From the NCBI GenBank assembly GCA_001949185.1, contig BDGG01000003.1, forward strand, positions 992,690 through 1,056,689: a stretch of DNA of 64,000 nucleotides. Reading direction: 5' to 3'. This DNA comes from Ramazzottius varieornatus. Its lineage: Eukaryota; Animalia; Tardigrada. Every line of letters begins with the position of its first letter. Within the stretch, counting starts at the first letter, position 1. Under the pieces are notes generated by a model. It was not told where the DNA came from and did no database searches. It saw only the letters and a program-made list of their open reading frames with translations. A program made the translations under genes and the position numbers. This document shows positions 31,981 through 44,035 of this stretch, piece after piece.

Positions 31981-33972
31981 CTACCTTGTCGGGCGCTTCA
32001 CCACCAGACCGTTGAGCGTACGCTGTGCGCCGAGTTACTGAAGCGGACGGCTAATCGACTGCAACGACAGTAGGCCGCTTTTGTCGCCCGGTGTGTTTGC
32101 ACAGCATATATGCCTTCGTACAGGTTCAGTCTGCAAGCGCTGCCTACCAGCTGGTTCAAAAGCCTCGCTGCAAAGAAGCGTCTCGCTCGCGTTCGTACGA
32201 GCCAATGAGACAGAAACAGTTTCCCAGCCCGAAGACGCCCATGCGCATCACACATATGATAAGACTACTCTGAATGGTAAAGGATGATAAACGAGGTGAG
32301 CTTCAGTCTTAAAACTTCTTGTTCTGAGTCGGGGCAGGCTGGTGGTGACGACTGGTAGCACACTTATTGATCCTGGATTTTGGCCCATGTTAAAACCGGT
32401 ATGGTCCGTACGTCACTTCGTGCGCCTTTGACAGAGCGAACAACGTGATGTGTCGCGAGCTATGCTATCGATTGTTGATATTTTGCAAAGCTGGCAAGCG
32501 CTGAAGCTTGACTGGGTATAAAGCACTGCCAGGCTGACTTCGAAGAACCTTGTTGCCCTAAGCGAGGAACTTTACTGTGGGCCGATGACAAGCAAGGTCG
32601 CCATCAGCTGCTTTTATTCGATTGCCGGCCGGCGTATAGCTAGACGTTGAGGTTCTCAGCGCTTTAATAAATAGTCTTGTCGCCTGACGTGCTGTTCAAT
32701 TACCCTTCAATGAATTTATTCGAAACACCAATAAAGACCGGCGAGGAACACAAATTATACTACGATGTTAACGAAAAACACAACGCGCCAAAATTCATTG
32801 GTTATTCGACCTTACTGACTTGAGCAGGTCGTGAAATTATATGTAAGGCATATTATCTCGGTCAAACTAGTTGTTTTCGGATCCGGAGGCTCAACTGGTT
32901 TTGATTATTAAGACTGGGATAAGCTCGCAGGGAAAAATATACACTGCCTGCTTTAATATTATTTACCCTGTTCTTTTCGTGAATGTTTGGCATTTCGAAC
33001 TAATCTTGTTATGTGGAAGGAAATGGTCTAATAAAGTGGTAGAGATAACAAAGTCGTGCCTTGATTATCGCAGCAAGTCCTGCATAAGTTGGAACTTTGG
33101 CAGCTGAGCCAGCAACAGCCCAGGGCCGCGGCTTCCATAGGACGACTCTTATCCGTGATAAGGGGGTTCTATACGGTATTCGAACCAGTGGAAGAATACC
33201 GTCTGCCATTTTAGAACCGGCAATCGAGTGGCCTTTCTAGGTGATCAGAGGTATTCACCACAGACCATTATCTGGCTGGCTCACATGATACGGTTTAGAT
33301 AGACTTTCATAGGACCGGCGATTAGGTCGTCTCATCTGTGATGCAATGGCTGTAAAAAAGGCCAAATATCCGTAGTTCCTGTTAATGTCGCCTTGTGATC
33401 GACAGCTCAAAGGCTCATCTGTCTACGTTGCGACATGGGCAAAAAAGAGGGAAGGTACGTGTTAAGTGTAAAGGACCACACAGCTTAGGCTCAGCAGATA
33501 AAGACAGTTAATAACCGTCAGCGGTGAATTGGCTGTTCTGTATGCCGGACTTTGATGTGTTCACATTACAGATGTGCCATGTCTAAGCGGAAAGGCGCTG
33601 AAGCTACTGTGTCTGCGTGACGTCAATGTCGCCGAAGCCGGAAGAAAGGAAGAGGATCCGGTTATAAATAAGCGGAGGTTTCGGGTCCTGTTTCCGCCTC
33701 TCGGCTACTGCGCTGCAGCCGCCGCTTCGGCACAGACCACCTAACCAACAACGTGGACGCCATACCGTCTACCTGCGCCATCCTGTAATAATTAAACTAG
33801 ACAAGATGCTTTGAGCATTAAGCTCGGCTTTTGTGGGAACTGCAAGCAGAAGTCAGAGGGAATGACGTGTAACAAGGCGGGATTTTGTTTGATGCTCCCT
33901 TGCTCTGCAATAACAAACTCCCCTTTTTCCAACGAGAAAAGTTGGGGAAAAATCCTACAATATCATCGACAT

Positions 33973-34437
33973 TTGTGTATCGGCAGCCCAATTTTGTGGC
34001 TAAAGATCGCTGGACAAATTGTTCAGGAATCGACTCCTAAGTTTTGAGATCCCAGGGGCAAACTTAAACTGCTGATGCAATCTAGTATAACAGACGTGGA
34101 GGAACATGATACTGAAGTCTATTTGGCGGTCTCACCATTGGGTAAACATCGAAGTGAAGAACAGGACAAGTTTCGACGTCACACATCACCAAACTGCACT
34201 TACAAACGTTTTGAAATCAAACCCTCAGGCTTCGGTGTTTGAGCTATTAATCTGCACCCCTGAAATTTTCTGGTGCATCATTCCAAAAGGCCGAACAGTA
34301 TTTTGAAACTTCTATCCGTGGCGAAGCGTGACGATACTAGCGCTCAGTTCCCCTGAAAATTGGCAACAATTTGATGTCGGAAAAAGGTCTTTCGGAGCTA
34401 AAAAAGTTATCCCCAAAACTGGGCCGCCGATACCCAT
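33973..34437. mobile_element. ~450-bp MITE family, copy A
   Basis: TIR GTATCGGCAGCCCAATTTT / AAAACTGGGCCGCCGATAC. Interior aligns with 49047-49495 (CAGGCTT..GTGTTTGAGC..CCCTGAAATTTTCTGG..CCAAAAGG.CGAACAGT). Confidence 0.8.
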
Positions 34438-35330
34438 TTACAGCAACTTCTTCAACAGCAACAATATCGCTCAAATGAATATTGATAAAAAACAGATTAC
34501 TCTTCCTGCAATATCAGATACTGCATGTTCAGATGTTAGCGGCAACCTTCCCCCGTCGGTCTCCAGAAAATCTGGGAAAATCACCAAACAGAAACGGGTT
34601 CAGCATTTTACAAGCACCGGGTCGACGTCATTTCGTCCGCCAAAGCCCCCCATGTACTGTAGAGCATGCCTTTGTGTACACTGAACCGGTTCGGCGTCTG
34701 CAGCTTTTCCAGTTGTTCAGCCGGAATATTGTATTTCTGGTTTTGCTCAACACCGTACTTTTCAGCTGAAAAACTATCGAGTTACTGTACACTATCAGCA
34801 GAACAAACCATTTTACCGAGTTCGATACCGTTTGAACATTTCCTGGGTCCTCTTATATACTGTTAGTCATCATCGTACAAAAGACGCCTCTCTCCTCTCG
34901 TTCATTATGATAGTGAACTGACCAGACAGGTGGAAGGTAGACGGAGCAATTGGTCAGGAATATGAGGGAAATTAAAATACGTAGAATGCTGAAAGCTATC
35001 AGTGGAACAACTGACCGCTCTGCTCGGCGTGCTCTTTGTCTTTCACGGACGTTTGGATATTAAAGCTCACTTAGAATCTTCCAAGAGACAACAAAGCGCT
35101 GATTCTCTTTCTGGGAAACACAAATGGAGCCGGTTATGGATGAATGCACTCGATATGACTGCCGAAAGCTTCAAGCTCACTTTTTTCTCCTTGCCATGAT
35201 CATAGTTTGTGTTCTGCCCATGGACCGAGACGACCGTTTTTGAAGGGAACTACCTGTCAGAAAATAGGCGAACGTTACATAAAGTCGGCATGCCGTGCTA
35301 CGTCTAAAGTAACATTATGAACATTATGAT

Positions 35331-35628
35331 AACCTGCGCCACGCTAAAGGGTCAACCTGCTCACCTAACTTGACGCAGCGGTCCCAATGTTTTCTGTGCT
35401 TTCTGCGCCAGTTATGACTGCTTCAACAAACATCCGTCTTACAACCGTCTTCCCCCTTGATAGAACCCTGAGCTGAATTAGCGTCTCCCAAGGTCCAGGA
35501 AATCTCGTTTCCCAGACCTCATTTCAACATTGCCAGCCAGAAAATACTGTAAATATTCGCTGCATCCGCGCAACACGTCCTCGTACAAGTGAAGTACAGC
35601 CCCGGTCCAGTTTCACGGATTGCGCAGC
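35331..35628. repeat. Left arm of a ~300-bp near-identical inverted duplication (mate 41141-41439)
   Basis: Reverse complement of 41141-41439 with only a handful of mismatches. Confidence 0.95.
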
Positions 35629-35691
35629 CCCCTAAGGGGGTGCAGCGCCACGTACGTGTACGTACTGCGCGGACGTAGCGAATATTTACAA
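35547..35691. mobile_element. ~145-bp MITE (second copy 41078-41222)
   Basis: TIR CTGTAAATATTCGCT / AGCGAATATTTACA, TA-flanked. Confidence 0.75.
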
Positions 35692-36076
35692 TATGCTTCC
35701 ACATGTTACGCTGGAACGGTATGCTTCCTCCTGACAGTGTCTGCTGGGAGACAGAGAAAATATGGAGCCTGTTTTCGATCGGGGGAGTTACTGTGTGAGC
35801 GGATGTTAGGCATGAATGATGAAGAACACAGAAAGGGGGTCGCCTATTTTGGAACGAGCTTATCAGCAGGCATCACAAGGTTCTCACACCACGCTGAAAA
35901 CAAGGGATGTTTTTATTTGTATATTATCAGCTGAATTGGCTCATAGAGCTTTATTGCGAAGCTGTGCAGCAGCATAAAAAGCAAAATGTCACAGAGCTGT
36001 ATTATGGTGTGACACGGACCCGGCCATAGTCATGAAACTGAAGAGGGCTCTTTTGCTCACAAAAGACATGGTACAG

Positions 36077-39000
36077 TCAAGCCTGGACCATTTGCTTTTT
36101 TAGATCATAAATGTAGCGCTTGAATAACAATTTAACCTGAATTACACTGTCCTCAGATTTATTACCCGAACCATTGCTGGCAGATGTGGCAGCAGCCGAA
36201 TCCGTACATGGCTCGTCGAGGTCTCCCTTCTTTTTGATGGTACCCCGGGTCAAAAACGCCACCGTCGAATCCTTCAAACCATCTGTAAAGACATCAACAA
36301 CAACCATTAACGTCGCACTGAAGCGCTTAACAGACATATTACAGATGGTTTTGGTCCAATGACGAACACGGGAATCTAAACACCTCGCCTATTTTCCGGA
36401 ATCACATTACTACGAAAATACAATCTACTCAGTGCACACACCGGCTAGCAAAAATCGGACAATAAAATCCCTCGTGATCAAAAACCGAAGCGGGGTTTTG
36501 ACAAGAATATCTGGGACGTGGGCAAATTAATTCAGCCAGCGTTTGCTCAAGTGGCGCAGACTCTCAGCCAGTAACAATAAAAATTTGCGCCACTTGGGAC
36601 AACGATGGGGTTCGCTTATTTTGCCCCCGTCTCAAATATCTCTGATTTATGTGATTTTACACTTCTTTGGTCGTGAATTTAAACTCGTACAGATAACTTT
36701 CCATATAAGAACTTGAAGTTGATAATCGATTTGTCTACTTTCGATTGTTTTTCAGCGGTCGTTTTTCATCGATGTTCGGTCCGCATTCGGCAAACCGAAA
36801 GCGGACAGAACATCGATTATTTTAATACAGTTGGTGACAGGCAAATATGGGATGTCGGCAAAAGAACTAAGCATGACCTTCATCTCAGCGGCGCACTTTC
36901 CCACTGTAACGGGCTGAAACTGTGCGCCACTTGAAAATATATCCTGTCCAGTTCACTTGTCGATGCCCCATATGCTGACCGATATTTTTTCCGACAAGGA
37001 AGCGAAACCACCAAGAACCAACGTTTCCTGGCTCAAGGTTATAAGTAATTACGACCAGCAGAAAAGGAAGAAGGAAGCAGTAAAATAGGGAGGGTTGACG
37101 TTAATGAAGGCTCTCGAAGCGACAAAAACCACAGAAGTCCAAATTAAGCGGCTTTATTCAACATCATCAAGAATGCCCACAGGAGGATGATTACACAATC
37201 TAGGTGAGATTAACTTACCAGGTATCCTGACTTTGATTTTGCCACTTTTCCCGAAGGACCCTTCAATGAAGCCAAGTTCGCCGGTCGACAGCGTCACACG
37301 CAACCTCTCGAACTTACTAATATCCGTTTCCTTCTTGACGAGGTTCCGAACGATGACGGTGGAGTTGTCTTGAAGACGCTCCACGGTTCCCTGAAAAAAA
37401 TTACAAGCGAAACTATATTCCAACCAGGACCAGTTTTTTCCAAATAACTTTGTCATTCTTCGATTGTAAGTTCATTTGAAATTTGCGGCTTCCTTTTTCT
37501 TATTTAATTTCGTAATTTCGTCACCGGCCGGAACTTGTTTCCTTTTCACTCTCCAGAAGTTTGGGTCCAAAATTTTTCGTCAATTCATTTCGGCGATGAT
37601 CATATTTTTCCAGACTTGTCGAAAACTCTGTTTTCCTGTTCGACGGTACCTGCTTTTCTTTGGGTTTGTAAACACGCAACGGGGTAAGGTTGTAGTCCTT
37701 AGAAGTGAAAGACTCGAGAATGTGACCATGAAAGGCTAAGCGGCAGGCGTTCTGGTGGATGTCCGCATCGAGACGGGAGGCGATGATTAAGCTCCTATTC
37801 CGTCCCGTCACCGGAGACTCGAACTCCAACAGAGCAAAAACACACTTCTCGCTCTCATCTTTATTCTCTTTTTCAGCTTTTCTTGTGTCAACCGGAGTTT
37901 CTTCCAGGTATTTGTACTCTTTGGTGTAGGTGAATTCCGACGTTGGCGAGGTAAATAGGGAGACCCGCGCCATTACAGTTTCATGACCTAATCAAACAAT
38001 CAAACGTGGTAATGAATTCAGGAGTTGGGACGTAGGCAAACAAATTCAACCAGATCGTTATGTCAAGTGAGGGCACTCTTTCATTGTAACAGGTCGAGAC
38101 TGTGCGTCACTTAGGGAAACAATCTGGGTCAAACCATCTGAACACGCACAAAAATATAAAAACATGATAAAATCGGATAGATAAACCAGAAATACAGCAG
38201 AATTTACCTACGGTTACATGAAATTTAGACCGGGTTTTGATAGGTTGCTTGAAGTAAGGAATTTGCTGTAGAAGAATGATGGCTGCGTGGAAGGTTTGCA
38301 AGGTGTTAGGCGTGGTCACGAAGCCTCTTTCGAGTAACTTGGCGTCGAAACTTGGCACGCATATCCCCACTCGATCTCCCTAAATCCTCACCGATGATTA
38401 AAACTTCAACGACCGGAAAATCGGCCGCCAAATAGCTTATTTAAAACGGGATTTACCTGCATGGCGGAAGTCACCGGTTGACGAAACATCTGCATGGACT
38501 TTATCTTCTTGACTTCTTTCACCGAGACAATCTCGGCACTATCATTGACTTTCGCGGTGCCGGACAGCATGGTACCTGTCATGACGGAACCTTGTCCACG
38601 GATGGTGAAGCAGTGGTCGACGGAGAACACCATGGGACCGGAAGGATCGCGCTTGGGGACGAAGGTCGCGGCAGATAGGGCTTCTACCAGCTCTTTCACT
38701 TCAATAGCTGACTTTTCTCCATCCTAGATGAAGAAACACAAGATTTTACCTCGGACAAGGAAGAAGGTGGACTAATATTGACAACAGCAAGAACGGACAG
38801 ATGTTCAGAGCGACATCCAAGGGCATACAGAAAACAACGCATATCTAACGCGAACGGTCAGTAGGCAGATCTGTGATGTCTAATTTTCTCAGTCGATTGG
38901 GTGCAGAGGCGCTTACTTGATTGGCACTGGCTGTAACAATCGGACATCCGGAAAACTTCGTCCCTTGTAGAACTTTCTCGAGGCGCGCCTTCATCTATGA

Positions 39001-39720
39001 AACGCGTCTAGTAAGTATTTTTTTGTTGGAAAGATATTGTATGGCCAGTTAGAGGAGCAGTAGGAAGTAATCCGACAATCCGAAACCTTCTCAGTTTGAT
39101 AGTGGGATGGTGAGGAGTTACCTTACTAATGGTTGCGTGTCGTTTATCCTCAGGGAGGAGATCTGTCTTGTTCAGCACCACGATCATGCTGCCGCAGGTG
39201 ATCTCTCCGATGACAAGGCATTCCGCCGTTTGCGTCTGAATTCCCTTCGTCACGTCCACGATCAGAAGCCTGAAGCATAAACAGAGAAGTTACACAGAAC
39301 AGAATTCCCGGCGCATGGCATCATTTGACAGACTGAAATACGCATTGGTAGTGTTATTCGATGTGACGTCACACGTCTGTTACTGATTTTGACTACCTAC
39401 ATCAAATCCATGATCTGAGCACCGGAAATTATGGTCCGAATGAGCGAGGCATGTCCGGGGCAGTCCACCAGAGTGTACTGAATGTAAGCAATCTTACGGG
39501 AGGAAACTTGGTCCTGAAGGTGAGGTGGAACTGCAACACAGAAGGAGGAGAAGCCGAGATCCAGCGTGATGCCTCGTTCCTGACTTTGTGGATTCTTGTC
39601 GAAGGAGGCTGTGCTGGCCACCGTGCTCAACGCCTTACAAAGGGATGTCTTCCCGCTATCGATGTGTCCCAGGACACCCACGTTGAAATTCAAACTGTTC
39701 AATGGCGATGGAGGATCCAT
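36077..39720 (-). CDS. EEFSEC: Selenocysteine-specific elongation factor
   Basis: NFNVGVLGHIDSGKTSL, TASFDKNPQSQERGITLDLGFSSF, LVDCPGHASLIRTII, DVTKGIQTQTAECLVIGEI, VDHCFTIRGQGSVMTGT, CRLAFHG, GSFGKSGK and C-terminal FKRYIYD..KQMVQ. Confidence 0.97.
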
Positions 39721-40028
39721 TTCATGAACGTCACATGAAAATTACCGAGAATAAAACTTTGAAGAGATTATAGACTACCTCGTAGGAGAACACGGCAACA
39801 TGCAGAACTGCCGAACTGTAAAATCAAGTTACTCAATCAACCACGGGCTTGTCAGAGTGCCAACTGGCTATCGAGGCCGTGCCAGACCACGCAGGGCATT
39901 CCGTAACGGTAAAAGGGTAGATAACTACACATCGAAACGAACCAAAAATATCCGAACATCGGAACATAGATTCCACACAAGGGATATTCGTACAAGGAAG
40001 TGAACGAACCATACGCCAGCTCTGAAAG

Positions 40029-40767
40029 CTACGGAGATTTCTTTGCCTGTGTAACTTTTTCTGCAGTTCTTCCACCGTACTTCCTCACAAGCGCAGGGGT
40101 CGCCAGAATTGTAATCAGGACCCTGATGGGACCTGTAACCTTGTGCAGCAAATAACCCACGGCAAAGGAGCCAGCACCAAATGAAGTGGCAGTTTTCGTG
40201 ATGAGAAGCGTTAGCGGAGTGAGGACACCGATCTGAGCCATGAAACCGGACACATCCACCGGACTAGAAAAACCAGACAATGATCGGAACCCTATGGCAT
40301 ACCATGGATCTGAAAAGTAACCGTACGCCTCGCCAAATGCACAACAATGATATCGCTGGGATTCATCCTACCTTCTGACGAGCAATACCCAGAATGCCAG
40401 CGACATGGCAGCTACTCCGGTATGAAAAGTCAAAGCCGTGTAACCATAATGACCGTAGAAACCTTTCACCATGTCCAACGCAGACTTTTCCTGTTTAGGA
40501 GGAGACAATTTCGCAGGAGAATCAGGCGAATTTTGTGCAGAGGGAACATTTGGACGAAGGGCTGACCTGCAGAATGGCATACCTCATTCGTGTGCAACAA
40601 CGAAACTGAAGCACTGGACAAACCTACAGCTGGAGACGTCTGGTACTACTGGGTATCCGCAGACCGTCAAAAGAGCCTAGTGAAACAGATGTCTTGCTGG
40701 ACAAATGAGAAAATATCGTCGAAGACGACCGATGGAGGTGTCTAATAAGAAGCGACGAGCACAGCAT
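40029..40767 (-). CDS. FAM210B: FAM210B-like (DUF1279) mitochondrial membrane protein
   Basis: Ser/Arg-rich presequence MLCSSLLIRHLHRSSS (exon 40767-40628), then YGYTALTFHTGVAAMSL and SFAVGYLLHKVTGPIRVLITILATPALVR. Confidence 0.85.
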
Positions 40768-41140
40768 GGTTCCAGTGGAAGCGCGACCAGCGCGCCAGCT
40801 TCAGAGCTTCCTGAACAAGTTCGACAATCCCAGGTAACTAAAAGACCAGACTTCCGACATCCAGACCCCACAGTTGACAGCTTAACTGGTTATTTCGGCT
40901 CTACGTATATACGACCAGAAAACTTCGAAGACATCAAGCCAACCGTGTACGCATGTGGTATGTCTTCTCTACAGTATGACATTACACCATCACAAGCGAC
41001 ATCACTACCACTCACAAGCGCGCGCCGGCCAGTACTGTCTGGTACTGTCGTTTCCTATTGAGTAATGAGAGACCACACTGTAAATATTCGCTGCATTCCG
41101 GAAGTGCGCACACGTGCGTGCTAATGCACTCCCGTGGGAA

Positions 41141-41439
41141 GTTGCGGAACCCGTGAAACCGGACCGGGGCTGTACTTCACTTGTACGAGGACGTGTTGCG
41201 CGGATGCAGCGAATTTTTACAGTATTTTCTGGCTGGCAATGTTGAAATGAGGTCTGGGAAACGAGATTTCCTGGACCTTGGGAGACGCTAATTCAGCTCA
41301 GGGTTCTATCAAGGGGGAAGACGGTTGTAAGACGGATGTTTGTTGAAGCAGTCATAACTGGCGCAGAAAGCACAGAAAACATTGGGACCGCTGCGTCAAG
41401 TCAGGTGAGCAGGTTGACCCTTTAGCGTGGCGCAGGTTA
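41141..41439. repeat. Right arm of the inverted duplication (mate 35331-35628)
   Basis: Reverse complement of 35331-35628; overlaps the MITE at 41078-41222. Confidence 0.95.
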
Positions 41440-41765
41440 CCATAGTGAAGTATACGAAAGTGAGATGGATTCCACTGCGGTGCGAAGTTAGAAGCATGAA
41501 GTTTGATCATGCTTCTATCGTAACTGCAGGGGGCAAGAAGTGTTTCAACATCGGGATCTTTATGATCCTGTGTCTATCCTGTTCTCTGGATTGGCCACAA
41601 CACCGCTATCTCTTTGGTTATAGTGACCGCTCCTTGGATCCTACTGTGGTACCAGGTCGCGGCGCAGAAAGGAGCATGACACATGTAACTCTTTGTAACA
41701 CGTGTATAAGAATTCCCGATCCGTCGATCCCGAAGTAGCACCAGCTGTTCGGGGCAGAGCACAAT

Positions 41766-42131
41766 TTACCACCATCCGGATCCTCCCATGTTTCCGTAAT
41801 AGCTGCCACCGTTGTAGTATCTTCCGCGTCGCCCTCAACTGTACCTGTCATATCCATAGTTGCTGCCGTAGTAATCGCTTCTACAGTCGTCAACCTTACA
41901 CAGCAAGAGTGAAAGTTTTCTGCAGACTGATGCAACCAACCAGCAGAAAGCCGGTCGATTAACACTCTGCGTACTACCGTCCTCTTTGTGTATACAATCA
42001 CTCGGTTTTACTCCCTTCCCAATTTTAGCTTTTGGTCTTTCGGGTCCGGGTCTTCCTGTTTGCATGTACTGTACCTCGGTCTTCTCACCAAAGTAACACT
42101 AGTGACCAGCGGTCAGCAAAACCCCAGCACG
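41766..42131 (-). pseudogene. Probable pseudogene (or recoded gene) for a Tyr/Gly-rich secreted peptide
   Basis: Exons 42131-42075 and 41880-41766 give VLGFC*PLVTSVTLVRRPR|SDYYGSNYGYDRYS*GRRGRYYNGGSYYGNMGGSGWW*. Both internal stops are TGA. Confidence 0.5.
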
Positions 42132-42492
42132 CTGGAAATGTTTTCTACGGTTTCGGGGGGTTTTGGTGGAATTTGGTCTTTCGTCTCTTCGCGCGAGACA
42201 CGTGCACGGTATTCGCTTAGAAAAAAACTGGAGCACTGGGGACAGTCTTATCTACCGAAGCCGAGCCTGGGATAAATTTTGTAGTTATCAGTGCGGTCAG
42301 AAGAAAATCAAGACTACCAGTTCTCCCTTTTGAGATTTGGCGTTCATGGCCTGCCCATATCCGAATTATGAAATTTCGAAAACTGCCTATTGGTTGGCCC
42401 AGCCTCCGCAACACGGTACCAGCCGATAAAATTCCTGTATACACAAAGAGGACGGTAGTATTCTGCAAACATGAACACGATCGTGCTGAAAG

Positions 42493-43300
42493 TAGAGCTA
42501 TTATTGGTTTGAACCATGTGGTTTGCTTTGGTTTAAGAGGTGGTTTGCATGCCGGACCGGTTAAATGAAAATGGTATCTCCCACAAACCACCAAAAGTGG
42601 TCTAAATTTTAAACCAGACCAATTAAACCAAACCACATAAACCGTCGGTTTGAACCGGTTTGCGAACAACTTTCGATCCCCAGTACATAGTAAGTGGTGC
42701 CACAGTTTTCTTCACTTGACCAAACAACTAAAATAACCACCGAGGACAAGAAACTGAGCCACAGTTGCTGGTTTCTCTACGAGCACACGCAAACAGGCAA
42801 AACTGGCGCGTGCCGGAATTGTAAAGACACCGTGGCAAGCACGGCGGTAGCACAATCCTTTTTCCACCAGCAATGATGTCCAGCGCTGTCAGAATTGTGA
42901 TTTCTGCCTGACGGAAGGCGTAGTTCTCAAGTCGCGCAGCTTATGACATAGTGCGCACCCAGTTAAAGCTGTGCATCACGAGTCATAGCTCATCAGAACG
43001 ATGCGGCTGCGCACGGTGGCACTGGGTGGAAAAGGGATTGGCACAGCCAGATGGCCAATTTCGGCTCGAGTTCTGGCACGGAATCCGCAGGTTTCTTACG
43101 AAGTCTTCCCTTACCGCAAACCATATTAAACCACATAAACCACTCGTTCATATGGTTTGGCGCGTGATCAAAACCGGTTTGAGTGGTTTGGTTTGAGATG
43201 CCATATGGTTTGAGGTGTTTCGGTTTGGATGTTAAACCACGAACCACATAAACCATATAAACCACTTTCCAAGTGGTCTGGTCTGGTTTTTAACAGCTCT
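42493..43300. mobile_element. Foldback-like element (~800 bp) with GGTTT/AAACC-rich arms
   Basis: Both arms are built of GGTTT/AAACC modules. Ends AGAGCT / AGCTCT; inner inverted pair AATCCTTTTTCCACC / GGTGGAAAAGGGATT. Confidence 0.6.
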
Positions 43301-43711
43301 AGCTGAAAGTGTTAAATACAATTGCCGGGCATTTAATATCACTAATTGCTTCCTGTTTACTTTTGAAATAGTCAAAAAGTTTCTTACTTCCATTGCGCAC
43401 GACATGTGTCCAGTTTTTTCCGCAGCGACCTTGGGATAGCTAGACACTCACGGTATGGGATTTTTTGTTGTTTACCAAACAAGTTTCCATGAACGACTGG
43501 GATCAATTAAAACAATCTTGGAACTTGCTTCTGTTGATATTGTCTTCGGTAGCGTCGCATCATACCGTGTCTTTCAAGGAACACCACACAGGCGAAGCCC
43601 AAGCTTAAGTAAAACCGGTTCCATAGTACACTTGGTAGCCGAACCGAATCTTTTTCGACGGAAAAAAAGCGGAAAAAAGTACAGACAAACGATATGCCGA
43701 ACACCCTGGGT

Positions 43712-44035
43712 TCACCACCCGTGTCTTCCGTGATGTCCATGATGGTGATGCCGTCTGCGGTGGCGCCTCCACCATCCTCCGTGGTAATGTCGATGATGAT
43801 GGCGGTGTGGATAATCGTGGTAGTCGTCCCAGTAGCTCCGCTTTTCCCGGTTCAACGCCACATCAGTCGCGTTGGTGGATGAAGCAAGTATTGCGAAAAG
43901 CAGAACGCCGAAACCCAGCAGGTAAAACAAACGCAAAGAACCCTACAAGAGTACCACACGGTTGGTGTCAGAGAAAAGTAAATGTAATGCACAAAATCTT
44001 AGAGTTAACAATATGGACAGATAAGCACTCACCAT
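43712..44035 (-). CDS. His/Arg/Trp-rich secreted prepropeptide
   Basis: ATG-only first coding exon (44035-44033, donor GTGAGT) plus exon 43942-43712: signal MGSLRLFYLLGFGVLLFAILASSTNA, pro-region ending REKR, then a 41-aa His-rich peptide. Confidence 0.85.
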
